Below are positions 15,575 through 24,667 of a DNA stretch of 64,000 nucleotides, piece after piece. Positions within the stretch are counted from its first letter, which is position 1; each line of letters starts with the position of its first letter. The translations under genes and the position numbers were made by a program. The notes beneath the pieces were generated by a model, which saw only the letters and a program-made list of their open reading frames with translations, ran no database searches and was not told the origin of the DNA. Source of the DNA: an uncultured Eubacteriales bacterium (GTDB taxonomy: Bacteria > Bacillota > Clostridia > TANB77 > CAG-508); contig CABUJR010000009.1 in assembly GCA_902492015.1 (NCBI GenBank), positions 32,344 to 96,343 of the forward strand, read 5' to 3'.

Positions 15575-16978
15575 CTAATTTATAACTGTTATATTTAAAA
15601 CTTTATTAAAATTCATATTAATCATCTCAATACTGATATTCTCATAACTAAAACTTCTCTTTTTTAGATTCTTCATATTATTAATACATTTAAAAAAATT
15701 ATTATTTTTAATCTGAAGAGCAAATTCTTTTTCATGTCTATTAGGAACAAATATTATAGTATATTCTTTTAATCCCGCTTCTCCTTCAAATTCTCTAATA
15801 AGTTTAAATAATTCATCATAGATTTTAATTGTTAATTCCAAATCCGCTATTGTTCTCATTAATGGAGCTGTATATCTCATTAGTTTAATATTATACATAT
15901 CGTCAATAAATCTATCTTTATCTATATTAAGTTTATTTAATATATCATCTATTTTTATTTGTAAATTTTCATAACTAATGCATCCTGATGTATCACATAT
16001 TCTTTCAATAACAACTTTTCTTCTATCTCTACAATGTTCTTTATTTTCTGTTATTTCTTTAAAAAACATGTAACATTCTTTTGTTCTTTTATATTTTCCA
16101 ACATCCATTAATATTTCATCAACTGCTATAATATCCCCATATCCCATTAGAAATAAAATTTCAGGGACTTGATACTTAACACTGTCAATATTAGGAATAT
16201 TTTGTATCAAATTTTTGTATGAATTTTCAACAAATTCATCACTTCCCTCAGTTGATAAGGTTGATATTAAAGTATGATAAGAAACTAAAATCTCCATTAC
16301 TTTTATAAAATCTTCTAATTCAATATTTATTTTAAGCTCTTTTAATTTTTCCTTAGTTAAACCTATTTCTGATAAAACTTGAAAAACATATTTTGCACCT
16401 AGTATATCATGATTTGAAATACTTTCTATTACTCCTATGTCATGAATTAGACAAAATATTTTTAATATAAATTTTGATTCTTTAGTTAATTTTTTATATA
16501 TTTTATTTAACTCTTCAATTTGATTTTTATTTTCCTTGTTTTTATTAAAATTAATTAATTCTTTATTTAATGGAATATTATAATTTGAAATTTGATAAGC
16601 ATATATAGTGTGAGCCATCCACCCATTCATTTTATAAGTATTTGTCCCACCTCGTATTATTTTATTTTCCTCTTTTAAAATTTCACTTAATTTATCTATA
16701 TAATTTTCATTTTTATCATATTTACTATATAGTATCCATAATAATTTTGCAGAATTTTGATCTAATAATAAATTAATAAAATTCTGTTTTAAAACTTCAA
16801 AATCAATATTTATATTATTTAAAAATAAATTAAAATTTTTTCGTTCTTTTTCTCTAAATATATCTTGATTTTCTTTGTTTTCGATATTTTTTAATTTTAA
16901 TGCAATATTTTTATAATATTTATCATAATTAAATTCAAGTTCTTTTTTAGTTATATTTTTTATACCATAAATATCCAT
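15575..16978 (-). CDS. HD-domain protein (GlnD-type HD region without a nucleotidyltransferase domain)
   Basis: MAHTIY...CLIHDIGV...NHDILGAKY...VSYHTLI pattern. 467 aa. Confidence 0.55.
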   Translation of the reverse strand: MDIYGIKNITKKELEFNYDKYYKNIALKLKNIENKENQDIFREKERKNFNLFLNNINIDFEVLKQNFINLLLDQNSAKLLWILYSKYDKNENYIDKLSEILKEENKIIRGGTNTYKMNGWMAHTIYAYQISNYNIPLNKELINFNKNKENKNQIEELNKIYKKLTKESKFILKIFCLIHDIGVIESISNHDILGAKYVFQVLSEIGLTKEKLKELKINIELEDFIKVMEILVSYHTLISTLSTEGSDEFVENSYKNLIQNIPNIDSVKYQVPEILFLMGYGDIIAVDEILMDVGKYKRTKECYMFFKEITENKEHCRDRRKVVIERICDTSGCISYENLQIKIDDILNKLNIDKDRFIDDMYNIKLMRYTAPLMRTIADLELTIKIYDELFKLIREFEGEAGLKEYTIIFVPNRHEKEFALQIKNNNFFKCINNMKNLKKRSFSYENISIEMINMNFNKVLNITVIN

Positions 16979-16987
16979 TTTACCACT

Positions 16988-17704
16988 CTATATTTCATAC
17001 ATTATATTTTCTTTAATTTCTTTTTCTAAAAATTTATTATCCTTAAATTCTATCTTATATGCTTTAGCAGTATCAATGCTTTTTATAACTTTGAATTTAT
17101 TATTAATAATCTCTAATGCTGTTCCATTATCTAAAGCTATTCCTGGTAATTTTTTATTTTTAATTGCCTCATAGAATTGTTTTCTTTTTTCTTCATTTTT
17201 CTCATTATAATGTACACAATTTATTGCAGGAATTATTCCCATTCCTTCTATTAGTTCATAATTATACCTATACCAACAATATGAACCCGCACTAAAACCA
17301 GACATAATAATTCCATTTTCATAAGCTTCTTTTAACACATAATCTAAATTAGTTCTTTTCCATTCAGAAAGCATAAATCTAGTATTTCCACCACCTATAT
17401 ATACGATATCTGTGGTTAAAACCTTCTCTTTCATTTCTTCAAAATTTTCTTTTCCTATTATTTCTAATTTATCAACAATACAACCTAAATTTTCATAAAT
17501 ATTTTTTATTGCTTCATAATAAAAATGATTTTCTTTTGAGGCTGTTCCTATAAATAATAATTTGGGATTACTTTTATTAGACAATTTTACTATTTCTTTA
17601 TCAATGTTTCCAGTTTGATAAATTTCTTGATTAGAATCTTTTGTATCAAAGTTATAACCTTTAATTAATCCGCCTCCTATGGTAATTAGCTTTTTATCCA
17701 TCAA
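16988..17704 (-). CDS. Peptidase S51 family (dipeptidase E-like)
   Basis: LLFIGTAS...IYIGGGNT...MSGFSAGSYCW matches the S51 layout, including the nucleophile Ser. Confidence 0.7.
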   Translation of the reverse strand: MMDKKLITIGGGLIKGYNFDTKDSNQEIYQTGNIDKEIVKLSNKSNPKLLFIGTASKENHFYYEAIKNIYENLGCIVDKLEIIGKENFEEMKEKVLTTDIVYIGGGNTRFMLSEWKRTNLDYVLKEAYENGIIMSGFSAGSYCWYRYNYELIEGMGIIPAINCVHYNEKNEEKRKQFYEAIKNKKLPGIALDNGTALEIINNKFKVIKSIDTAKAYKIEFKDNKFLEKEIKENIMYEI

Positions 17705-17713
17705 ACATCTCTC

Positions 17714-18364
17714 CTATAATTCTTTCTGCATAATCCATTTAATATCTTCTATAGATTTATCTATATTAAACCTACCATTTCCTATTGGATAAAATACAGA
17801 ATAAAATTTGTATTCTCTAGAATTAATTTTTCTTTTAAAAAGTTTTTTTCTACATGTAGATACAGAAATCTTTTCATTTAAAACTATCGAACTCACTTGA
17901 TTTCCAAACAAAATTACGACTTTAGGATTTACTAACTCTATTTCTCTTTCTAATAATTCTAAATATTCTTTATAAACGCTGTCTGGTAGTGGTCTTGCAT
18001 CCACTTGTGTACATTTTCCTAAATTAGTAATAAAATATTTGTTTTCTTCTACGTTTTTATAAACTTCATCTGCAAATTCTTCAGTCCATTCTATAGGTTT
18101 CATACTTTTAATTTTTTTATAAATATTTTCATCAACCAAATTTAAACTATAAAATAAGTCCCAGATATTTTTAGTTCCAATCCAAGGGGATTTTCTTCCT
18201 AACCAATTTTTATTAGAAGCTATATTTCTGCCAGTTGGATTCATAAAAACAAAACAAATATCTGGATTTGATGTGCAACCACCATTATATATTGAATCTA
18301 ATTCTTTTGCGCCATATTTTTCTTGAAGTTTATCATATTCTGTTTTTAAATCTTCTAATTTCAT
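17714..18364 (-). CDS. Uracil-DNA glycosylase superfamily protein (non-family-1)
   Basis: CFVFMNPTGRN lies at the motif-A position and FYPIGNGRF at motif-B. The size is typical of UDG-fold proteins. The subfamily is unclear. Confidence 0.5.
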   Translation of the reverse strand: MKLEDLKTEYDKLQEKYGAKELDSIYNGGCTSNPDICFVFMNPTGRNIASNKNWLGRKSPWIGTKNIWDLFYSLNLVDENIYKKIKSMKPIEWTEEFADEVYKNVEENKYFITNLGKCTQVDARPLPDSVYKEYLELLEREIELVNPKVVILFGNQVSSIVLNEKISVSTCRKKLFKRKINSREYKFYSVFYPIGNGRFNIDKSIEDIKWIMQKEL

Positions 18365-18376
18365 AAATTCACCAAA

Positions 18377-19519
18377 TTATTTTTCACTTATTAATTCTCT
18401 AGTCTTTTCTTTTATTTCTTTATCATATTCTAAAATATCTTCTACTGTTTTTAATTCTCTTTTTTCATACATATTCATAACTTTTTCTAGCATATTTGGA
18501 ATATCAGTATATTTTATTTTTTTATTTAAAAAGCTATCTACTAATACTTCATTTGCTGCATTTAAAACTACTTGAAAACTATGACCTTTTTCTATTGCCT
18601 CATAAGCAAGTTTTAAACACTTAAATTTCTTAAGATCAGGTTTTTCAAATTTTAAATCAACTATCTCAAATAAATCTAATTTTTCAATATTATTTTTTAA
18701 TCTATTTGGAAAATTTAAAGCATAAGCTATTGGTATTTGCATAGATTTTGGACCAATATTTGCCATAATTGTTCCATCTTTAAATTGAACCATTGAATGA
18801 ACTAAACTTTTTCTGTGTACTACTACCTCTATTTGACTAGGTTCTACATTAAATAACCATTTAGCCTCAATTATTTCAAACCCCTTATTCATCATAGTAG
18901 AAGAGTCTATTGTTACTTTAGGTCCCATGCTCCAAGTTGGATGATTTAAAGCTTCTTCAACAGTTATTTTATCTGAAATTTCTTTATCAAAAAATGGTCC
19001 TCCTGATGCTGTTAATAATATTTTATCAATTTTATTGGTTTCTTCACCATTTAGACATTGCATTATCGCACTATGTTCACTGTCTACAGTAAGTAATTTA
19101 CTGTTGTTTTCTTTTGCTGTTTTCATTATAAGTTCTCCACCTGCAACTAGCACTTCTTTATTAGCAAGAGCAACTGTTTTTCCATTTTTAATCATATTAT
19201 AAGTTGGCTTAAGTCCTGCAATACCAACAAGAGCAGAAATTGAAATATCAAAATCTGTTAAATTTGATATTTCTTCCATTCCATCATCACCATAATATAT
19301 ATTTATGCTTTTAAAATTATCTTTTAAAATTTCAGCATTTTCTTTTGATATTATATAAACATTTTTAGGCTTAAACTCATTAATTTGTTCTATAAGTTTT
19401 TTTATATTTCTACCTGCAACTAAAGTTACTACCTCAAACAAATCTGGATTTTCTCTAATAACTTGTAGTGTGCTTTCTCCTATTGAGCCTGTTGAACCAA
19501 ATATTGCAACTTTTTTCAT
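18377..19519 (-). CDS. dxr: 1-deoxy-D-xylulose 5-phosphate reductoisomerase
   Basis: GSTGSIGESTL NADPH motif, LANKE, SEHSA and NHPTWSMG blocks. Confidence 0.95.
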   Translation of the reverse strand: MKKVAIFGSTGSIGESTLQVIRENPDLFEVVTLVAGRNIKKLIEQINEFKPKNVYIISKENAEILKDNFKSINIYYGDDGMEEISNLTDFDISISALVGIAGLKPTYNMIKNGKTVALANKEVLVAGGELIMKTAKENNSKLLTVDSEHSAIMQCLNGEETNKIDKILLTASGGPFFDKEISDKITVEEALNHPTWSMGPKVTIDSSTMMNKGFEIIEAKWLFNVEPSQIEVVVHRKSLVHSMVQFKDGTIMANIGPKSMQIPIAYALNFPNRLKNNIEKLDLFEIVDLKFEKPDLKKFKCLKLAYEAIEKGHSFQVVLNAANEVLVDSFLNKKIKYTDIPNMLEKVMNMYEKRELKTVEDILEYDKEIKEKTRELISEK

Positions 19520-19532
19520 TTTTTCTCCTTTT

Positions 19533-20111
19533 CTATATATCTTTTATTTTATTTTTTATCATCTCTAATGCTTTTCTTCTTGCACTTATTTCATTTTTTT
19601 CTTCACTAGTAATTTCGGCTAAAGTTTTGCCATTTTCTAATTCAAATATTTCATCAAATCCAAATCCATTATTTCCTCTTACACTTTCTGAAATATAACC
19701 ATTTATTGTAGCAACAGCTGAATAAACCTTATTACCGTCTGCAAAAGCTATTGCTGTTGTAAATTTAGCCTTTCTATTTTCTTTTTCTATACCATTTAAT
19801 TTTTTTATAATTTCAATATTTCTATCTCTATCTGTTCCACAATGCCATCTTTTAGTAAATACTCCAGGAAAACCATCTAAACATTCTATTTCTATACCAG
19901 AGTCATCTGAAAGACATGGTTTTCCTCCTAATTTTTTAGAAATCTCTACTGCTTTTTTTATAGCATTACCTTCAAAAGTTTCTTTATCTTCATCAACTTC
20001 GATATTTACTCCTATTTCTTTTATAGAAATTATTTTAAAATCATTTAATATGTTTTGTGCTTCCTCTATTTTTCCTTTATTTCCTGAAGCTATAATTATT
20101 TCATTCTCCAT
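19533..20111 (-). CDS. rdgB: dITP/XTP pyrophosphatase (RdgB/HAM1)
   Basis: IIASGNKGKIEE, DDSGIE, GFPGVFTKRW, GFGFDEIF and SARRKA are canonical HAM1 blocks. Confidence 0.9.
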   Translation of the reverse strand: MENEIIIASGNKGKIEEAQNILNDFKIISIKEIGVNIEVDEDKETFEGNAIKKAVEISKKLGGKPCLSDDSGIEIECLDGFPGVFTKRWHCGTDRDRNIEIIKKLNGIEKENRKAKFTTAIAFADGNKVYSAVATINGYISESVRGNNGFGFDEIFELENGKTLAEITSEEKNEISARRKALEMIKNKIKDI

Positions 20112-20148
20112 TTTATTTTCCTTTCCAAATTTTGTGACACATATAAAA

Positions 20149-20682
20149 CTAATGTACTAAAATTCTTTCTCCTGTTTTTATTTCAGATTTTATATCATTT
20201 TTATAAATACTAAATATTCCAACACATATTAAGATTATATCTCCAAGAACTAAAAACCAACTCTTATAATATGTATAATATATTCCATATGTAATTCCAG
20301 TAGTAATACCAGAAATTCTTACTAGTTTCATACTAGTTTGCCATAAGCAAAATGTTCTTATAATTGATCCTATTGTTGGAAATAGGGAAATCGTTCCATT
20401 CCAAGTATATATACAATTAGAAATTATAATGCTCTCAAAAAAAACTAATAAAAACAAATAAATAGTTTTACTTATTTTTTTATTTTGCATAAATATAATA
20501 GTTCTTATAAAATTCATTATGCTTAAAAAAGCTCCTGTACGTGCATTTATAGTAAAATCATATATTGCTTCAAATAAACAATTCAAAGACTGTACCGCTA
20601 ATGCTTTATTTCTTTTTTTTATACATATACTAATTATTAGTGCTAAAAAAGCTAGAATACTTAATATCATTTCTTTCTCCAT
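20149..20682 (-). CDS. YgjV-like small inner membrane protein
   Basis: 177 aa, 5-6 TM, with a Q...TGAF...NFIRTIIF pattern. A paralogue is at 21546-22100. Confidence 0.55.
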   Translation of the reverse strand: MEKEMILSILAFLALIISICIKKRNKALAVQSLNCLFEAIYDFTINARTGAFLSIMNFIRTIIFMQNKKISKTIYLFLLVFFESIIISNCIYTWNGTISLFPTIGSIIRTFCLWQTSMKLVRISGITTGITYGIYYTYYKSWFLVLGDIILICVGIFSIYKNDIKSEIKTGERILVH

Positions 20683-20767
20683 ATCTTTTGTTTGCGGTAT
20701 TATTCTATCATATTATCATAAAAAAATAAATATTTGTTTTTTATTTTACAATACTTTTATTTATTAT

Positions 20768-20799
20768 AAAAAGAAAAAGTCCGGTGTCAGAACACCGAA
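20768..20799 (-). terminator. Rho-independent terminator after the 20814-21470 gene
   Basis: Minus strand reads UCGGUGU-ucug-ACACCGG followed by ACUUUUUCUUUUU. Confidence 0.75.
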
Positions 20800-20813
20800 C
20801 TTGATGAAGTGCA

Positions 20814-21470
20814 TTAGAAATACTTAGAAATGAACCATACAGTCATCACAGCTACTTCGTGCGTAGTTTTATCTCTGTACGGATGACTATTTCGAAATTG
20901 CATGAATTCCATATTATTCATTATAGAATTTTTAGGATTCTCTCTTCGTTCATATACTGGAAGCTCTGAACTATCTTCTTTGATAATCAAATGCTGCGTA
21001 AAAAACATTCTGATAATATGGAGAGGATTTTGCATAATGATTTCTAGCTTATAATTCAGATATCTTCTCCCATATCTGCTAACTAGCATCTGATTACATT
21101 CTTTTTCCCTTCCCAATACCAGATATAACGCAATCATAGTATTTTTTAGAATCTCCCGTAAATTCTTTGTTATATGGGTATTGTTCTCATGCATATAAAC
21201 TTGGTGGTAACACTCTTCCAAATTGTTACCATAATATTTCATAAATTTTTCCACTTTGGTAGTAAAATCTTTTTCTTCAGAAGAGAGTTCATAAATTATT
21301 TCTTCTTCTGGAATGATTTCCTTCCAAGTATCCCTTACTGCTTGAGCTAAGTGGCTCACTAAAAAGCCTTTTTCATTAGCAAGTTCTACAAGTTGCTCAA
21401 TCTTACTCCGCAGTTCTTCATCGCTTAAAATAGCTTCACTTTTTTGGTATATTGCTGCTACTTTCTTCAT
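20814..21470 (-). CDS. Hypothetical all-alpha protein with a C-terminal R-x4-H motif (HEPN-like candidate)
   Basis: 218-aa ORF, visibly richer in G+C than both neighbours. It has its own terminator. YRDKTTHE lies near the C-terminus. Confidence 0.6.
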   Translation of the reverse strand: MKKVAAIYQKSEAILSDEELRSKIEQLVELANEKGFLVSHLAQAVRDTWKEIIPEEEIIYELSSEEKDFTTKVEKFMKYYGNNLEECYHQVYMHENNTHITKNLREILKNTMIALYLVLGREKECNQMLVSRYGRRYLNYKLEIIMQNPLHIIRMFFTQHLIIKEDSSELPVYERRENPKNSIMNNMEFMQFRNSHPYRDKTTHEVAVMTVWFISKYF

Positions 21471-21545
21471 AAAGCATCCTCCATTATTTTACATAATTAG
21501 TCATCAAATTATATTATAGCATCTTATATAAAAAATTTCAAATTT

Positions 21546-22100
21546 TTACTTATTAAAATTGTTGTTTTGTTTGTTTTTTTCTATTCTGTATCCATTTATT
21601 GATGAAATAAGTAAAACCCCTTCTAAAATTATTCCGAATAATGAATTTATGTATATATTATATAATAGCCATAATCCCTCTGCTGGAATACCTAATAATT
21701 TATACATTTTTGTGTCTTTTTGCCATACAGAATATGTATAAGTCATTGTTGCAAAAACAGATAATAAACTTAAAATACCATCATAAGTAAATATAGCAGA
21801 AATAATAGATATTAAATATAAAATAACTAATATTATAATATCTTTTTTAGTAATTTCATCCTTTTTATTATTCTTTTTTTCATCAACTAAAAAAATTATA
21901 TTTCTGATTAATGCTATAAAACACATTGCAAGACCTGTATAAGCATTTAATAATATGTATGCAATAGCATTTGCTATAACTGATAAAAAGCTTAAAATTA
22001 ATACATTTTTTCTGTTTTTAGCATAATATGAAATTGCAAGTAATGCATACATTAAAACTGTAAAAAATTGTGAAAATATATAGTTTACAGTAAATTCCAT
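21546..22100 (-). CDS. YgjV-like small inner membrane protein (second paralogue)
   Basis: 184 aa with the same TM layout and the TGLA...LIRNIIF and WQ motifs seen in 20149-20682. Confidence 0.55.
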   Translation of the reverse strand: MEFTVNYIFSQFFTVLMYALLAISYYAKNRKNVLILSFLSVIANAIAYILLNAYTGLAMCFIALIRNIIFLVDEKKNNKKDEITKKDIIILVILYLISIISAIFTYDGILSLLSVFATMTYTYSVWQKDTKMYKLLGIPAEGLWLLYNIYINSLFGIILEGVLLISSINGYRIEKNKQNNNFNK

Positions 22101-22109
22101 TTTTCCCCC

Positions 22110-22610
22110 TTATAATTTTTTCATAAAAATATCTCTTAAAAATTTTTCGTTTACAGTAGTTGTTTTTACATATTCAAGCCCTACTTTTTCCAAAGACTTT
22201 TTACTTGCAATATTCTCTGGATGTGCCATTGAAATTATATAATCAAACCCCATTTGTTTAGCCAAATCACTTTGAATTCTCATTAGCTCTGTTATTAATC
22301 CTTTTCCTCTATATTCAGGTAATACTAAATTACCTCCAAGTTCACAAACTTTGTTTCCATTTAAACCTAAAATATCTATATATTCTTTTAAAAAATCTTC
22401 TCTTATATATAGTTGTGTCATTGCAACTAATTTTTCATTATCATAAGCTCCATACAAAGGTGCATAAGTCTTATCAAACATACTATCTAATTCCCATTTT
22501 TCATAAGGAATAAAATAATCTTCTTTTTCTAAATTATTCAATACTGTACTAATTAAATTCAATAATTGTTTTTCATCTTTTTTCTCAATTTCTTTAAATA
22601 TAAAATTCAT
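22110..22610 (-). CDS. GNAT family N-acetyltransferase
   Basis: The acetyl-CoA motif region VLPEYRGKGLITELM matches the R/Q-x-x-G-x-G/A pattern. Confidence 0.8.
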   Translation of the reverse strand: MNFIFKEIEKKDEKQLLNLISTVLNNLEKEDYFIPYEKWELDSMFDKTYAPLYGAYDNEKLVAMTQLYIREDFLKEYIDILGLNGNKVCELGGNLVLPEYRGKGLITELMRIQSDLAKQMGFDYIISMAHPENIASKKSLEKVGLEYVKTTTVNEKFLRDIFMKKL

Positions 22611-22626
22611 TTTTCTTTTCTCCTTT

Positions 22627-23847
22627 TCACTCTAATATTTTTTTCAAATCTATCGCATATTTTTTTAAACTTTGAAAACAATTATATGCTTTTTCTACTT
22701 CTTTTTTATTTATACTTATATATCCTCTTTCTTTATTTCCACTAGGTAAATCTGCTATTAATATTTCTTTATCTATTCCGTCCCAGCCGTCTCCTACTAT
22801 ATTTAAGAGTTCTGGTTCTTTTTCTTTTACCTCATCATAATCTACAAACATTGTATTTATATTACTTTGCATATATATTTTCAGAGTTTTATTGTTTTTA
22901 AATTCTTTTATTTTATTTTTACTAAAAATAAATATTCTTTCTAAATTAACTCCTCTATTTGCAACTTCTAAATTTATACTTCTAAAATTCATTTCTAAAG
23001 GTTCTTCTGTCCACTCATCTTCCATCATAGTTGATGCGCACCACATACAAGATTCTTTAGTTAACCCCTCAAAATAATTAGTTATTGCTCTATAAAACTC
23101 TCCTGTTTCTAGTCCTTTAGTTCTACCATTTTTATCAAATTCTAAATATTCTCCATCTGTTTGTATACAAGCTCCAGTTGTTCCTTTAAAATTCAACAAT
23201 AAACTTACTATATCTTCTGCAATTTGTTTATAATTTAATAGGACATTTTCTGTTAGTGGTATTTTTATATTCAAAGTATTTATTCTTAAGCCTATATTTA
23301 ATTTAAAGTCTTTGCTAAGTTTTTCTTCTAATTTACTTGTCAAATTATTCTCGAGTAAAACTATACTAGAACTTGAATTCATTTTATTTGCAAAATATGT
23401 TACAATACTTTCTTTATATTTTTTAAAAGAATTATTTTCGTTTTCTAAATCTATAAAAATAAGTCCTTCATAATACTTACTTGTTTGTTTTAATGTTTCA
23501 TCTACTTTGTGTTTATTTGAATAATCTATTTTATAGGTTTTTATATCTTGATATATATCATCTCTATTTGTAATTATTTCTATAATAAAACCAGATTTTT
23601 TTAATAATGGTACTAGATAATTTATAATATTTTTTTCTGGGTTTACTATCATAACTCTTTTCTTAGTATTTATATATTTAGAAATTTTACTTCTCTTATC
23701 TGATGGTTTCATTGTTCCTTCTGGTATTAACCATACCATACCATTTTTTATTGCCCCATCAATTCTCTCTTCTTTACAAAGTTTTATAATTCTTCTTTCT
23801 GATATTTCCCATATTTCTGATAATTGTTTTGCTGTAAGATATCCCAT
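22627..23847 (-). CDS. DNA-binding protein: N-terminal MerR/excisionase-type HTH plus large uncharacterised C-terminal domains
   Basis: LTAKQLSEIWEISERRIIKLCKEERIDGAIKNG is a helix-turn-helix. I moved the start to the second ATG (MGYLTAKQL) because AAAGGAG lies 5 nt upstream of it. Confidence 0.65.
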   Translation of the reverse strand: MGYLTAKQLSEIWEISERRIIKLCKEERIDGAIKNGMVWLIPEGTMKPSDKRSKISKYINTKKRVMIVNPEKNIINYLVPLLKKSGFIIEIITNRDDIYQDIKTYKIDYSNKHKVDETLKQTSKYYEGLIFIDLENENNSFKKYKESIVTYFANKMNSSSSIVLLENNLTSKLEEKLSKDFKLNIGLRINTLNIKIPLTENVLLNYKQIAEDIVSLLLNFKGTTGACIQTDGEYLEFDKNGRTKGLETGEFYRAITNYFEGLTKESCMWCASTMMEDEWTEEPLEMNFRSINLEVANRGVNLERIFIFSKNKIKEFKNNKTLKIYMQSNINTMFVDYDEVKEKEPELLNIVGDGWDGIDKEILIADLPSGNKERGYISINKKEVEKAYNCFQSLKKYAIDLKKILE

Positions 23848-23898
23848 AAAATCTCCTTTCATATAGTTCCGTGTTCAGAACAATACCAATTTGTATAT

Positions 23899-23927
23899 AT
23901 TTTATACCGAATTCGGAACAATGTCAA
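23899..23927 (-). promoter_or_regulatory. Sigma-A promoter of the HTH gene with the palindrome CCGAATTCGG in its spacer
   Basis: Minus strand reads TTGACA-17 nt (ttgttCCGAATTCGGta)-TAAAAT. The 10-bp perfect palindrome is at 23907-23916. Confidence 0.55.
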
Positions 23928-23941
23928 TAGTTAATTTTTTA

Positions 23942-23962
23942 GAACAAAAGTAAACATCATAA
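23942..23962. repeat. Partial (5' arm) copy of the GAACAAAAGT dyad element
   Basis: GAACAAAAGTAAACATCATAA compared with copy A GAACAAAAGTGGACATTATGATAA. No matching 3' arm was found. Confidence 0.4.
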
Positions 23963-23963
23963 C

Positions 23964-24005
23964 ATATAAAAACTCCTGAAACAACATAAGCTATTTCAAG
24001 AGTTT
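23964..24005 (-). terminator. Rho-independent terminator after the nitroreductase frame
   Basis: Minus strand has an 11-bp stem AACUCUUGAAA/UUUCAGGAGUU (one G-U pair) followed by UUUUAU. Confidence 0.7.
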
Positions 24006-24014
24006 TAATTTTTA

Positions 24015-24584
24015 TTAATATTTATCTAAATGTATAATTTCTTCTAAAGTTTTTAATTCTTTTTCTGGTATTTGCTCTTCACTATCTTTATATCCTAAAG
24101 CTATAAGAGCAACTAATTCTATATTTTCTGGTAAATTTAAAAGCTTTCTTGTGTAATCTTTATCTTTTATATGGCTTTCATTATATAAAAAACAACTTAA
24201 TATACAAGTACCTATTCCAAAACTTTCAGCAGATAATATAATATTTTGGATTGATAAAGAAGAACTTACTACATATTCTTTATATTTTGGATCATTATCT
24301 TTATTAGCACAAACTGCTATAATAACTGGTGCTTTTCTTATAAATTGTCTATCTTCATATTCTAGGGATAATTTCTCTTTTATAGTTTTATCTTTTATTA
24401 TAATAAATTCTGAAACCTGACATTTTTTATTAGGCTTTCCGCCGAAAGATGCATTTCTTCCACAATCTATTATAGTTTTTAATACATTATCATCAATTTC
24501 CTTATCTAAGTATTTTCTATGGCTTCTTCTGTTTAAAATTAAATCAACTATACTATTATCTTTAACAGTATTCTTATACCTTTT
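24015..24584 (-). pseudogene. Nitroreductase-family reading frame with no ATG/GTG/TTG anywhere in frame
   Basis: Absent from the ORF track. My translation of the 189-codon open frame gives ...SIVDLILNRRSHRKYLDKEIDDNVLKTIIDCGRNASFGG...APVIIAVCANKD...SLSIQNIILSAESFGIGTC...LIALGYKD...HLDKY*. It is bounded upstream by TAA at 24585-24587. Confidence 0.5.
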
Positions 24585-24615
24585 TTAAATTCTTTTTTTA
24601 TATTCTCTATTACTT

Positions 24616-24667
24616 CTAATAATTCTTGTTTATCATTACTGCTAATAATTCTTGTTTATCATTACTG
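24616..24667. repeat. Perfect 26-bp tandem duplication (2 copies)
   Basis: CTAATAATTCTTGTTTATCATTACTG occurs at 24616-24641 and again at 24642-24667. It lies in the 3' end of the HIT gene. Confidence 0.95.

Noticed and set aside
24560-24600. Programmed -1 frameshift on TTTAAAAAAGG joining the HIT and nitroreductase frames.
   Set aside because: The A-run is not in the canonical X_XXY_YYZ phase for the HIT frame. In the present sequence the HIT frame already terminates upstream at 24616 because of the duplication.
24616-24667. The 26-bp direct repeat as a CRISPR or minisatellite array.
   Set aside because: There are only two abutting copies with no spacers, and they lie inside a coding region. 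It is a simple tandem duplication.
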